From the IMG/VR virus record IMGVR_UViG_3300029266_002291, positions 1 to 53,155 of that record: a DNA stretch of 53,155 bases. One strand, written 5' to 3'. The translations under genes and the position numbers were made by a program. The notes under the pieces were generated by a model. That model searched no databases and was not told where the DNA came from. It saw only the letters and a list, made by a program, of their open reading frames with translations. This stretch comes from a virus (lineage: Duplodnaviria; Caudoviricetes). How positions within the stretch are numbered: position 1 is the first letter of the stretch; the number at the start of each line of letters is the position of its first letter. Positions 1 through 9,007 of the stretch are shown piece by piece.

Positions 1-61
1 GAGAGGGCGGGAGACGTAGCAGGCGTGGAGTTTTACGGGTTGTCACTTTCCGAGTTGGAAA

Positions 62-649
62 GTGATCAAAGAAGTGTGTTATGCATGTTTGCTATGCAAA
101 AGGAGTGCTATGCTGTCTGCTATGCCCTTCATGACCTGCAGTCGCAACGACTGCGACACCGAGATCTACGTGACCCGGCTCTCCCGGTTCGGCACGGCCT
201 ACTGCCCCGCCGTGGAGTGCCAGCGAGAGCGCAATCGGATCCGCCAGAGGTACTTCGCTGCCTCCAAGAAGACGCAGGGGATCGACGTCTATGCGCCCTA
301 CCGGGCTGGCGCCAGGAAGCGCGAGAAGAAGCGCATGGCCACCGGAGAGATCAGTTCGAAGCGAGAACGGTACGCGGACAGCTACCGGGACGGAGATGCT
401 CGGCGCCGGGCCAAGAAGCTCGGGATCGAGGCAGAGAACGTCAAGGTGCGCGAGGTCTTCGAGCGAGACGGATGGGTCTGTGGCATCTGCCAGCTCCCCG
501 TGGATCCCGAGTTGAGTTACCCCGATCCCGAGTCAGCCTCCCTCGACCACGTCGTTCCGCTGTCGAAGGGCGGCAAGCACACGAGGGCCAACTCGCGCTG
601 CTCCCACCTGAGCTGCAACGTGCGCCGCGGGGCACGAGACGAGCTCTGA
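62..649 (+). CDS. HNH endonuclease (true start may be ATG 110 or 122)
   Basis: C-terminal VFERDGWVCGIC...SLDHVVPLSKGGKHTRANSRCSHLSCN is an HNH motif; N-terminal CxxC pairs. Confidence 0.9.
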   Translation: MIKEVCYACLLCKRSAMLSAMPFMTCSRNDCDTEIYVTRLSRFGTAYCPAVECQRERNRIRQRYFAASKKTQGIDVYAPYRAGARKREKKRMATGEISSKRERYADSYRDGDARRRAKKLGIEAENVKVREVFERDGWVCGICQLPVDPELSYPDPESASLDHVVPLSKGGKHTRANSRCSHLSCNVRRGARDEL

Positions 650-659
650 AGTCGCCAGA

Positions 660-940
660 TGCCGCTTCATCAAGATTTTTTGGAACAGTCAGGAGACCGT
701 CATCAAGATCATCTAGCCCTGAACAGCACTTATAGACCCCCTAGTGACACTTTTGACACTTTGACACTTATTTAGAAATACATCCCATGAAGGATGTGCA
801 TCAAGATCAATACGGGTTACAAACATCGCATGTAGATGATCTTGTGTGATGTGCACACACCACATGGGCCGGACCTGGAAAAAAAGCGTCAGTGTCAGAC
901 AAGCCTCTGACCTGGGCTTTCTCCTGTCACTTGTGTCAGG
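660..940. other. Putative replication origin: AT-rich, with iterons
   Basis: TGACACTT x3 at about 745-769; inverted GTGTCA copies near 892 and 933; CATCAAGAT at 668, 701 and 799; 12-bp inverted pair 704-715/833-844; lies just downstream of the primase-helicase. Confidence 0.6.
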
Positions 941-943
941 ACG

Positions 944-987
944 CGCAGGAGGCCCGGTCTCAGCGATCGAGATCCGGGCCTCCTGCG
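944..987 (-). terminator. Hairpin terminator downstream of the primase-helicase
   Basis: CGCAGGAGGCCCGG (944-957) pairs with CCGGGCCTCCTGCG (974-987). Confidence 0.6.
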
Positions 988-999
988 GTGCGTTGCTGG

Positions 1000-3648
1000 C
1001 TAGCTGAGGGGGTCGCGCGCCCATCGCGGAGCCTGGAGCGCGACGGCGAAACCGCGCGCTCGGCTGGTCCGAATCTGCTCGAACCCCCGCGTCTTCATCC
1101 GTTTCGTGATCGCGTGCACGCTCATTCCGTCCCCCGCACCGCGTGCGCGAGTCCACTCGGCGTGCCGCTGGCGGATGTCGATCGTCGGCGTGAACGTCCC
1201 CTCGGCGCCGACGATCAGCTCCTCGTCCATGAACTGCCCGAACTCGTCCTCGTTGGCGATGTACCCCGAGCGCGCGACTTCGGCCTCCACGGGGCGGCTC
1301 AGGCCGTCCTGCATCCAGCGCTGCGTGCCCCTCACCGCCCACGCGAGGATCCCCGAAAGCTCCTGGCTGATGATCATGTCCTTCAGCCCCAGCACGCGCC
1401 GCTCGGGCGGCACGGGGTGCACCCACGGGATGTAGTGCAGCCGCCGGTGCACCGCGGCGTCGTCGGAGATGTGCGGGTCGTGGTTGGTCATCAGGTGGAC
1501 CTTGCCGATGACTTTGAAGTCCCGCCAGTTTTCCCCCATCCCGCGGGCGGTGATCGACGAGTCTCCCGAGAGGCGCTTCGCCAGTGCTTCATTCATCCGC
1601 GCGCCTTCGGGTGTCTCGTCCAGCGCGAGCAGGCGCCCGCCCTCCATCTTCATCAGCTCCGCCGGGTGCTCCTCGTTCCGGCGGGTCAGCAGCATGGTCG
1701 GCGGGATGGCCTTCCCGAGCTCGCCCATCAGCGTCATGAGCACCTCGTAGAACAGCGACTTGCCGGTCTGGGGGAAGCCGACGTGGAAGAACAGCACCTG
1801 CTCGGTAGTCATCCCGGTGATCGAGTAGCCGATGATCCGCTGCAGGTAGTCCCGCATGTCGACCGACGGGAAGGCGGCCTCCAGGAAGGTCTCCCACATC
1901 GGCGCCTTCGCCTCCGGGTCGTAGGGCACCTGCAGCTGCCGCCGGAACATCAGCGACGGATCGTGTGCGAGCAGCTCACCGCTCGCCAGGTCGATGACGC
2001 CGTTGACCGTGTTCAGCAGCATTGGCTCAGCGTCGAACTCCTCCGGCGCGGCGTCGAGCTCACCGATGTACTTGATCATCTTCGCTGCGGCTGCACACTT
2101 CGCCGCGGCGTTCTGCTCCTTGACCCACGTCTTGAACTCGGCCCTCTCGTTGCGCACCTTACCCCGGCCGACGACCACGTCCTCGTCGTCGTAGAAGCCA
2201 GCCTCCAGTGCGGGCAGTTGCTCGATCATCTCGACGGCGGCCTTCTCCCCGCCGGTCTTCGACTCCCTCCACGCCCCGTCGGAGTAGCGCAGCCACTTGT
2301 CGAGCGCCGGGGAGTAGCGCAGCTCGCCACCGAACATCGCACTGATCCGGTCGGCGTTCCCGCGGTCGGACCACTGGTACTTGCGCCAGGTCAGCGGCGG
2401 CGCTCCGGCAGGATCTCGTGAGTCACCGCCAGGCGCGCCATCGACTGAACCTCCCTCGGGAGCGTCCGCCACCACGCCAGCGCTGCCGGGATCGGGCTGC
2501 CTGGCGCTGCCCAGTCCGCCGTCGGTGGTGTCGGGATCAGCAGCCCCTGACCAGACGCCAGGGGCTGCTGCGTGGGGGGAGGCATCGCCTCGATGTTCCA
2601 TCGAGGTCTCGTAGCCCGGCGCGAGGGGGTCGGTGACCGTCGCGGGCGGCGGAGCAGGCTCGGCGCGGCCGACCTGGCTGTTCCACTTCTTCACGACGTC
2701 GCGCATCGTCCACCCGTCGTCGGTGGGTGCCATGTCGGCGAACAGCTCCTTGGCCCGCTCGAGCGACAGGGAGTTCCAGTCGGCCTTCGCCAGCTCCGCG
2801 AGACGGTAGGCGGCGTCGGCCTGGATCTTCTCCCACCCGCGGCCTCGCGAGTCGCTCTTGCCGACGGGCCAGTCGGCGATGTCGGCCAGCTCCTCGCGCA
2901 TCGCGGCGAGCACCGACTTCACGTAGCGGTTGCCGCGCTCCGGGGAGACCTCGACGGGATCGAGTTCGGGCTCCGGCGCGATGGCAGGCGCCGGGGGCGC
3001 GTACTCGTCGAGGACGTCTTCCAGGCGGAGCCTGTCGACCAGCTGCGACTCCTCGGCGAACTTCACGCGCACCGGGACCGGCTTGCCGTCGATCTTGAGG
3101 TTCGTCGTCCCCGGCGCCCGCAGGATCCGCGCGAGGTCGTAGACGTTGTCGACGTGCCCGCCGTGGCGCTGGGCGACGAGCTGCACGAGTTGGCCGAACC
3201 GCTCGATGAAGAAGGCAGCGCTCTTGGTGTGGGAGATCTCGCCGAAGTCGATCCGCCACCGCGGCTGCAGGCCGTGGCCGGAGGCGACGATGGCGACGGG
3301 CTGCGCGCCGATGAGCTCGGAGACCTCGGCGATCACCTCGCGGCAGACGGCGTAGCTGGCGAGCTTGCCGGGGCCCACGTCGAGGTCGGCCCACAGCGCC
3401 CGGACGCCGGTGACGTCGTCGGCGGTGCCGCGGGAGCCGGGGTCCTTCGGGCGGCGCATGGGGTTCGCGCCGATCCAGCAGTCGACGGCCTGCCGGGCGT
3501 TGATGACGTCGTGGGCGGCCGACACCTTGACGATGCGGAAGCCGAGGCCGCCGGAGGGGCGCTTCCAGTTGATGCTGATGAGATCGTCGGGCTCGAAGCC
3601 CACCACCTCCAGGTACCGGATGATGTCCGGGTTGGTCGCGTCGCTCAT
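1000..3648 (-). CDS. DNA primase-helicase (RepB-like primase + D5_N + P4-family SF3 helicase)
   Basis: ALWADLD, SGHGLQ and ARILRAPGTTNLK (RepB-type primase); DRGNADR and LLNTVNGVIDL (D5_N); GFPQTGKS Walker A; ATG 3648 overlaps the upstream stop (ATGA). Confidence 0.9.
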   Translation of the reverse strand: MSDATNPDIIRYLEVVGFEPDDLISINWKRPSGGLGFRIVKVSAAHDVINARQAVDCWIGANPMRRPKDPGSRGTADDVTGVRALWADLDVGPGKLASYAVCREVIAEVSELIGAQPVAIVASGHGLQPRWRIDFGEISHTKSAAFFIERFGQLVQLVAQRHGGHVDNVYDLARILRAPGTTNLKIDGKPVPVRVKFAEESQLVDRLRLEDVLDEYAPPAPAIAPEPELDPVEVSPERGNRYVKSVLAAMREELADIADWPVGKSDSRGRGWEKIQADAAYRLAELAKADWNSLSLERAKELFADMAPTDDGWTMRDVVKKWNSQVGRAEPAPPPATVTDPLAPGYETSMEHRGDASPHAAAPGVWSGAADPDTTDGGLGSARQPDPGSAGVVADAPEGGSVDGAPGGDSRDPAGAPPLTWRKYQWSDRGNADRISAMFGGELRYSPALDKWLRYSDGAWRESKTGGEKAAVEMIEQLPALEAGFYDDEDVVVGRGKVRNERAEFKTWVKEQNAAAKCAAAAKMIKYIGELDAAPEEFDAEPMLLNTVNGVIDLASGELLAHDPSLMFRRQLQVPYDPEAKAPMWETFLEAAFPSVDMRDYLQRIIGYSITGMTTEQVLFFHVGFPQTGKSLFYEVLMTLMGELGKAIPPTMLLTRRNEEHPAELMKMEGGRLLALDETPEGARMNEALAKRLSGDSSITARGMGENWRDFKVIGKVHLMTNHDPHISDDAAVHRRLHYIPWVHPVPPERRVLGLKDMIISQELSGILAWAVRGTQRWMQDGLSRPVEAEVARSGYIANEDEFGQFMDEELIVGAEGTFTPTIDIRQRHAEWTRARGAGDGMSVHAITKRMKTRGFEQIRTSRARGFAVALQAPRWARDPLS

Positions 3649-3824
3649 GCTGACACCGTCCGCTCTTCGAGCCACTGCTCGAGCTTGTCCTGGGGGTAGC
3701 GCACTCGCTGGCTGTCGATCCGCACGTAGGGCGGGCCCTTCTTCTTCCGGCGCCAGCGCTTCAAGGTGTCCACCGTATAGCCGACCCGCAAGGCGGCCTG
3801 GTTGGACGTGAGCATCGTGGTCAT
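3645..3824 (-). CDS. Small HTH DNA-binding protein, excisionase/MerR-like (59 aa, not in ORF track)
   Basis: MTTMLTSNQAALRVGYTVDTLKRWRRKKKGPPYVRIDSQRVRYPQDKLEQWLEE; GGAGG RBS; ATGA coupling to the primase. Confidence 0.8.
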   Translation of the reverse strand: MTTMLTSNQAALRVGYTVDTLKRWRRKKKGPPYVRIDSQRVRYPQDKLEQWLEERTVSA

Positions 3825-3918
3825 GCGACCTCCGAGGTGTTGTGGGGGGCTCTGGGGGGTGCTACGGTAGCATTCTCACAGCAAGTCACAACCCACTCGC
3901 CGACACAAGGAGCCCACC

Positions 3919-4173
3919 ATGGCCGATCCGCAGAAGCTCTACTCGAAGTCCTTCGTCAACATCGAGGACGGGGGGGCGGAGTTCACCGAGGGGCTGATCC
4001 TGTCCCACGTCAAGCTCTCCCTCGCCGCCATGGAGTCCGTCGGCGACGTCGACTGGTCGACGTTCCGGCTGGAGATCAAGCCGAGCGACGGCAGCTTCGA
4101 CGGCAGCTTCGGCACCGAGCCGCGACCGGGTCTGCTCCAGGTCGTCGCCACCGCCACCGCGACGGAGAGCTGA
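3919..4173 (+). CDS. Hypothetical protein
   Basis: AAGGAG RBS, high GC3 codon usage. Confidence 0.7.
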   Translation: MADPQKLYSKSFVNIEDGGAEFTEGLILSHVKLSLAAMESVGDVDWSTFRLEIKPSDGSFDGSFGTEPRPGLLQVVATATATES

Positions 4174-4175
4174 CC

Positions 4176-4367
4176 ATGGACCTGCAGGAGATCCACGAGG
4201 CCGTCAACCGCGGCCTGCTCACCCTCATCTACGTCCTGCTCGCGATCGTCCTCTTCGGCCTGATCAAGTTCGGGCTGCAGATCAACGACATCCTCGACAC
4301 CGTGGGCGGCTTTTTCGAGCCGCAGTGCTACCCGGTCGGCGAGACCGGCGCGGAGGTCTGCGAGTGA
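4176..4367 (+). CDS. Small membrane protein
   Basis: MDLQEIHEAVNRGLLTLIYVLLAIVLFGLIKF has a hydrophobic segment; tight gene packing. Confidence 0.65.
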   Translation: MDLQEIHEAVNRGLLTLIYVLLAIVLFGLIKFGLQINDILDTVGGFFEPQCYPVGETGAEVCE

Positions 4368-4756
4368 GCGCCGACGCCTGCCCGCCCGGCGTGCCCGAGG
4401 GCGCCCGATGCGTGACCCTGGCCCAGCTCCGCGACGAGGTGGCTAAGGAGAGCGGCAGCCTCCGGCGCGGGCCGCGCGGATCCTACCTGCGGTTCAAGAT
4501 CTGGCAGCCCAAGATGCTGTTCAGCGTGATGGGCACCGCGCGGGCTGTACTGGGCGGCGGGGTGAGCTCCGAGCACGGTCAGCGGGTGTTCGCACTGGAG
4601 TACGCCACCGGCATCCGGCGACCGGGCAGCTGGAGGGTGCTGGCGTTCACCGGCCCCAACGACTGGGCCGAGGTTCAGGTCTGGATCTGGACGCTGGACG
4701 ACGCCGAGCGTGAGCGGAAGACGCGCATCGCCGCGCGGGAAGCGAGGAGTGCATGA
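4364..4756 (+). CDS. Hypothetical protein
   Basis: GTGA overlap with the upstream gene and ATGA overlap with the helicase. Confidence 0.6.
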   Translation: MSADACPPGVPEGARCVTLAQLRDEVAKESGSLRRGPRGSYLRFKIWQPKMLFSVMGTARAVLGGGVSSEHGQRVFALEYATGIRRPGSWRVLAFTGPNDWAEVQVWIWTLDDAERERKTRIAAREARSA

Positions 4757-7317
4757 GCACGCTGACGAAGATCCTCGACCACATCGGCTTTGCGCCACGA
4801 CCGCAACAGGTCGCGCTCTACGAGGCCCTCATCGAGGCTGACGAGCAGGGGGTCGTCGCTCAGGCTGGCACCGGCTGCATCCAGGGCGACGCCGAGATCA
4901 TCATCAACCGCGGCGGCAACGGCGTTCGCCGACCACTCCGCGAGCTCGTCCACAAGTTCAACGGCGGAGTGGACGAGCGAGGGAAACGTTGGAACCTGAG
5001 AATCCCCACGATGGTCCAGCGCAAGGCTGCCGACGGGACGATCCGACTCGCCCGACTGAAGGCCGCGTGGTACAGCGGGATCAAGCAGACCTACACGGTC
5101 ACCACCTCCACCGGCCGTCAGGTCCGGGCTACAGACGAGCATCCCTTTCTGACCGAGCGCGGCTGGCTCCGGCTCGACGAACTGCAGATCGGTGAGTTGG
5201 TCCACGTCCGCGGCGAGCAGGCGGCCGGGAGGAAGTGCCAGCCGAAGCCCCAGTACGTCCAGGTGCACGGATTGGTCGGCCACCCCGGCGCGAGTCGCCG
5301 CGGCTACAAGCGCCACGGCTACCGCTACCCGCAACATCGGCTCGTGATCGAGGCCGAGATGAACGGACTGGACTACGACCTGTTCGTCAAGCGGCTGCGG
5401 GACGATGATGCTGACGACCTAGTCTTCCTGAGTTCGGAGCTCTACGCGGTTCACCACATCGACCGCGACTCGCAGAACAACGAGCGATCGAACCTGCAGG
5501 TGATGACCCACGAAGATCACCACCGCCTGCACGCCGACCTGGGTAAGACGCGGAGCGTCCTCTACAAGGCCGTCACGGAGGAGGTCGTCTCGGTCGAGCC
5601 CTACGGCATGGAGGAGACCTACGACCTGGAGGTTGAGGACGACCCACACAACTTCATCGCCAACGGCTTCGTGGTGCACAACACCGGTAAGTCGATCGCT
5701 GTACTTGCCGCGGCGGCCGACATGCGCGAGCTTCACGCAAAGCCGACCCTCGTCATCTGTCCGACCAATATCTTGCTCGACCAGTACCTCAACGTCGACG
5801 CGCCGCGAGTGTCCGAGGCGCTCGGCATCACGATCAAGTCGCTGAAGGGCCGCAACCGCTACCTCTGCAGCAATGCGCCGGGCTTCTCCGGCGTCGGCCG
5901 CCTGCCCGACGAGGTGATCGCCGCCGAGGTCGAGATGAACCAGCGGCTGCACGAGGAGGAGATCTACGAGCCGGAGAACACGCAGTGGTTCGGCTGCCCC
6001 GGCAGCGACGAGTGCGACCCGCGCAACGAGGACACCATCTGCCACTACCGTCGGGCCAAGAACGACCTCGACGGCGCCGACATCATCGTCACCAACGCGC
6101 ACCTGTTGATCATCAACGATCAGCTGCGCGGCAAGCCCCCGATCGAGCTCAAGGACAAGGAGACCGGTGAACCCATCGGCGAGTACCAGCCCAGCATCTT
6201 CCCCGAGCACGGCGCCGTCTTCGTCGACGAGGCCCACACCCTCGAGGACAACCTCCGCTCCTTCGCTACCCGAAGCATCCCTCTGGGAGCTGTTGACGGG
6301 CTGGGGCTGGGGACGTGGCTGGTCGGCCAGCAGCGCGCCCACCGCAGGGCCGTCGCCGTCACCCCCACCCGAGAACTGGCCGCGGCGCTGAAGGAGGTCG
6401 CCGACCAGCGTGACCCGGACCTCAACAAGCGGCAGAAGGAGGCCGTCGCCGCGGCGGCCTACATCATCCAGCGCGGGCAGGACAAGGCCTACGCCGAGAA
6501 CGAGGCCGTGCTCTGGTTCGACCCGCAGGAGTACCCGAAGAAGCCACGGCTGGTGAGCACCCAGATCAACCTCGCCGGTGGGGCTCGCCGGATCCTCACC
6601 GCCCAGCCATTCGGCCTCGTGTCGGGCACGGTGTCGAAGAGCCTCCGCGGCGCGCTCGGCATCACCGACGCCACCTTCCTGGATTGTGGGCACCCGTTTG
6701 ACTACGGCAAGCAGGTGACGCTGAAGATCAGCTCAAAGTCCGGCAGCTTCAAGGCGACGAAGAACAAGCCGGAGTGGACGATCGACCGGTTCAAGGAGAT
6801 CGAGGCCGCCGTCCGCGACTCCGGCGGCGGCGCGCTCCTCCTGTTCTCCAGCTACAAGGACATGGAGAACGCCTACTACTGGCTGAACAGGGCGTTGCTC
6901 GGCTCCGGGCTGGACCTGCGCACGCAAACGCGTGAGGGCGACAAGCGGGAGCTGGGCCAGTGGTTCAAGGACCACGGCAACGCCGTCCTGTTCGGCACCG
7001 AGTCCTTCGCCACCGGCTTCGACGTCCCCGGCGACGCGCTGCGCCTGGTGGTGATCTGGAAGCTGCCTTACCCTGGCCTGGACCCGGTGACGAAGGCCAT
7101 CTCGGCCCGTAGTCGCCAGCGGTACGAGGACATGATGCTAATGAAGGTCACGCAGGCCGCGGGGCGCCTGATCCGCACCTCGACCGACACCGGCACGATC
7201 TTCATCGCCGACTCCCGCGCCGAGGATGTCCTCTTCGGCCGCGACGACCCGATGATCGCCCACTTCGAGGAGATGGCCATGCCGAAGAAGAAGACCCGCG
7301 CCTGGGATGTCGAGTGA
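4753..7317 (+). CDS. DinG/XPD-family Fe-S helicase containing an intein
   Basis: PRPQQ Q-motif; spliced Walker A AGTG|TGKS; GRNRYLC...GCPG..C...C Fe-S cysteines; FVDEAH; LLFSSY; GFDVPGDAL; QAAGRLIRT. Confidence 0.9.
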   Translation: MSTLTKILDHIGFAPRPQQVALYEALIEADEQGVVAQAGTGCIQGDAEIIINRGGNGVRRPLRELVHKFNGGVDERGKRWNLRIPTMVQRKAADGTIRLARLKAAWYSGIKQTYTVTTSTGRQVRATDEHPFLTERGWLRLDELQIGELVHVRGEQAAGRKCQPKPQYVQVHGLVGHPGASRRGYKRHGYRYPQHRLVIEAEMNGLDYDLFVKRLRDDDADDLVFLSSELYAVHHIDRDSQNNERSNLQVMTHEDHHRLHADLGKTRSVLYKAVTEEVVSVEPYGMEETYDLEVEDDPHNFIANGFVVHNTGKSIAVLAAAADMRELHAKPTLVICPTNILLDQYLNVDAPRVSEALGITIKSLKGRNRYLCSNAPGFSGVGRLPDEVIAAEVEMNQRLHEEEIYEPENTQWFGCPGSDECDPRNEDTICHYRRAKNDLDGADIIVTNAHLLIINDQLRGKPPIELKDKETGEPIGEYQPSIFPEHGAVFVDEAHTLEDNLRSFATRSIPLGAVDGLGLGTWLVGQQRAHRRAVAVTPTRELAAALKEVADQRDPDLNKRQKEAVAAAAYIIQRGQDKAYAENEAVLWFDPQEYPKKPRLVSTQINLAGGARRILTAQPFGLVSGTVSKSLRGALGITDATFLDCGHPFDYGKQVTLKISSKSGSFKATKNKPEWTIDRFKEIEAAVRDSGGGALLLFSSYKDMENAYYWLNRALLGSGLDLRTQTREGDKRELGQWFKDHGNAVLFGTESFATGFDVPGDALRLVVIWKLPYPGLDPVTKAISARSRQRYEDMMLMKVTQAAGRLIRTSTDTGTIFIADSRAEDVLFGRDDPMIAHFEEMAMPKKKTRAWDVE
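4876..5682 (+). mobile_element. Class 1 intein (269 aa) with an HNH homing endonuclease, inserted in the helicase Walker A
   Basis: Starts CIQGD; block B ATDEHPFLT; ends NFIANGFVVHN followed by Thr; internal HRLV...VHHIDRDSQNNERSNL is HNH. Confidence 0.92.
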
Positions 7318-7478
7318 CCCGGTCGGAGTGGGGCTGGATCACCGTCTGCTGGCTGTCGCTGATCGCCGCGCTTGGCTTCCAGGAGCTGGCGTTCCAGGGG
7401 AGCAACTGGTGGGCCGTCCCGTCGTTCTTCTTCTTCCTGCTCGCCATGTTCTGTCTGGCGAGCGGTCCGCAACAGTGA
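7314..7478 (+). CDS. Small membrane protein (54 aa, not in ORF track)
   Basis: MTRSEWGWITVCWLSLIAALGF...AVPSFFFFLLAMFCL; GTGA overlap with the helicase stop. Confidence 0.6.
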   Translation: MTRSEWGWITVCWLSLIAALGFQELAFQGSNWWAVPSFFFFLLAMFCLASGPQQ

Positions 7479-7588
7479 TCTGGCTCCGCAGCATCCGTGA
7501 CGTCGCCTCGGAGCTCGTCTCCGCTGCGACTGCTACGCTGTACCCACTCGACGCGCAGGTCCGCGTCACCGAGACCCAGGAGGTCCCC

Positions 7589-7951
7589 ATGACACAAGCA
7601 CCGAAGGTCGTCATCCCGGTCGAGTTCGACTCCACCGAGGCGCGCAAGCAGCTCGCCGAGTTCTGCGGCCAGCGTTTCGTGATCAGCTTCAACGGCAGTC
7701 GATCATCCACTGAGTTCGTCATGACGCAGCCCCCGTTCAGGGACCTCCTGATCGAGGACCAGCTGCGGCCGAACTACCACGAGGACACCCGCCTCGTTGA
7801 CATCGTCGCGCAGTTCGGTTACATGGAGTACTCCCGCGGGTTCGAGCTCGGGAGTACTCCGAAGCCCGACGACTGGACGGAGCTGACCGACATCATCAAG
7901 AACTCGTGGCGGCGGGCCGCACGCGAGCAGCTCAAGGAGATGAACGTCTGA
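7589..7951 (+). CDS. Hypothetical protein (alternative start GTG 7475)
   Basis: AGGAGG RBS before ATG 7589; stop overlaps the next start. Confidence 0.6.
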   Translation: MTQAPKVVIPVEFDSTEARKQLAEFCGQRFVISFNGSRSSTEFVMTQPPFRDLLIEDQLRPNYHEDTRLVDIVAQFGYMEYSRGFELGSTPKPDDWTELTDIIKNSWRRAAREQLKEMNV

Positions 7952-8514
7952 TGGCTGGTGTCGGCAAGACGGGCCCGATGGCCAAGCGCGAGGCGGAGCG
8001 GATCCGCACGCCTGCGCCCGCCGGAGGTCGCGCGAAGGAGATCACGCCGGACCAGATGGAGCAGCTGCCGTTCGAGATCGAGCTGCTCGTTGAGCCGCCG
8101 GAGCCGGACGAGGCGTGGCACGACATCGCGAAGATGGTCTACGTCGCGCTGCTCCGCGACCCCGCCCGCATCTGGATGGGCCCCGCGGACTGGGCGTACT
8201 GCTACCTGATGACCGAGAGTCTCTCCCGCGAGCTGAAGCCGCAGGTCGTCGGCATCGTGGAGGGCGGCTACGACGCCGAGACCGGCGAGACGATCGCAGG
8301 GCACGTCGCCCGCGAGATCGTGCCCATGAAGGGCAACACGCTGACGGCCATCCAGAAGTGGCTGCAGTCCCTCGGCGTCACCGAGGCCGCCCGCATCGGC
8401 ATGGGCAAGGAGATCACCTTCAACCAGCTGCCGACGGCGACCGCGGAGCCCACCGAGGACGAGGTCGTCGAGACCCGCGAGGGCTTCTTCAGCATCAACG
8501 GGGGCAAGGAGTGA
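7951..8514 (+). CDS. Terminase small subunit
   Basis: GPMAKR N-terminus, DWAY and LGVTEAAR motifs resemble actinophage small terminases; lies upstream of the large subunit. Confidence 0.7.
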   Translation: MAGVGKTGPMAKREAERIRTPAPAGGRAKEITPDQMEQLPFEIELLVEPPEPDEAWHDIAKMVYVALLRDPARIWMGPADWAYCYLMTESLSRELKPQVVGIVEGGYDAETGETIAGHVAREIVPMKGNTLTAIQKWLQSLGVTEAARIGMGKEITFNQLPTATAEPTEDEVVETREGFFSINGGKE

Positions 8515-8744
8515 GCGAGGCGACGAAGAATGCTGTCGAGGACGCCCTGAAGGCACACCTGGCCGACGAAGCGCCCGACACCTACCTCACCGAGTGGGCG
8601 GTGGTAGTCACCGGCGTGACGCCACGGGACACGAACCGGTACCTCTGCTCCTATGCCACCGGCATGTCCCACCACTCGGCGGTGGGGCTGACGCTCTACC
8701 TCCATGAGGACGCCTCGACTCAGGACGAGGTGATCGACGAGTGA
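8511..8744 (+). CDS. Hypothetical protein
   Basis: GTGA overlaps at both ends; good codon bias. Confidence 0.65.
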   Translation: MSEATKNAVEDALKAHLADEAPDTYLTEWAVVVTGVTPRDTNRYLCSYATGMSHHSAVGLTLYLHEDASTQDEVIDE

Positions 8745-8953
8745 GTCAGGTCGCCTGGAACGAGCTGGAGGCCGATGACGACGCCTGGCAGACCACCTGG
8801 AGCAACGGCAACACGCAGCTGCACGTCGTGCCCGCGGGCGACCTCCTGATGCACGATGAGGTCGACTGCGCGTGCCAGCCCTACGTCGAAGACCTCGGCG
8901 AGGGCGACACCCTCTACGCCCACAACCCTTGGGACGGGCGGCCGGTGACGTGA
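8741..8953 (+). CDS. Hypothetical protein with His/Cys motif
   Basis: LHVVPAGDLLMHDEVDCACQP...YAHN. Confidence 0.65.
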   Translation: MSQVAWNELEADDDAWQTTWSNGNTQLHVVPAGDLLMHDEVDCACQPYVEDLGEGDTLYAHNPWDGRPVT

Positions 8954-9007
8954 GCATCCCCGCGTGATACTGTTCTGACATCGTTTTGTTTCTACAACCG
9001 AAAGGAG

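Noticed and set aside
892-2421. Long antisense/shadow ORFs (also 19715-22345, 29982-32021, 32927-34915, 42682-43860 and others)
   Set aside because: They overlap well-supported genes on the other strand, are expected in high-GC DNA, and show no recognisable motifs.
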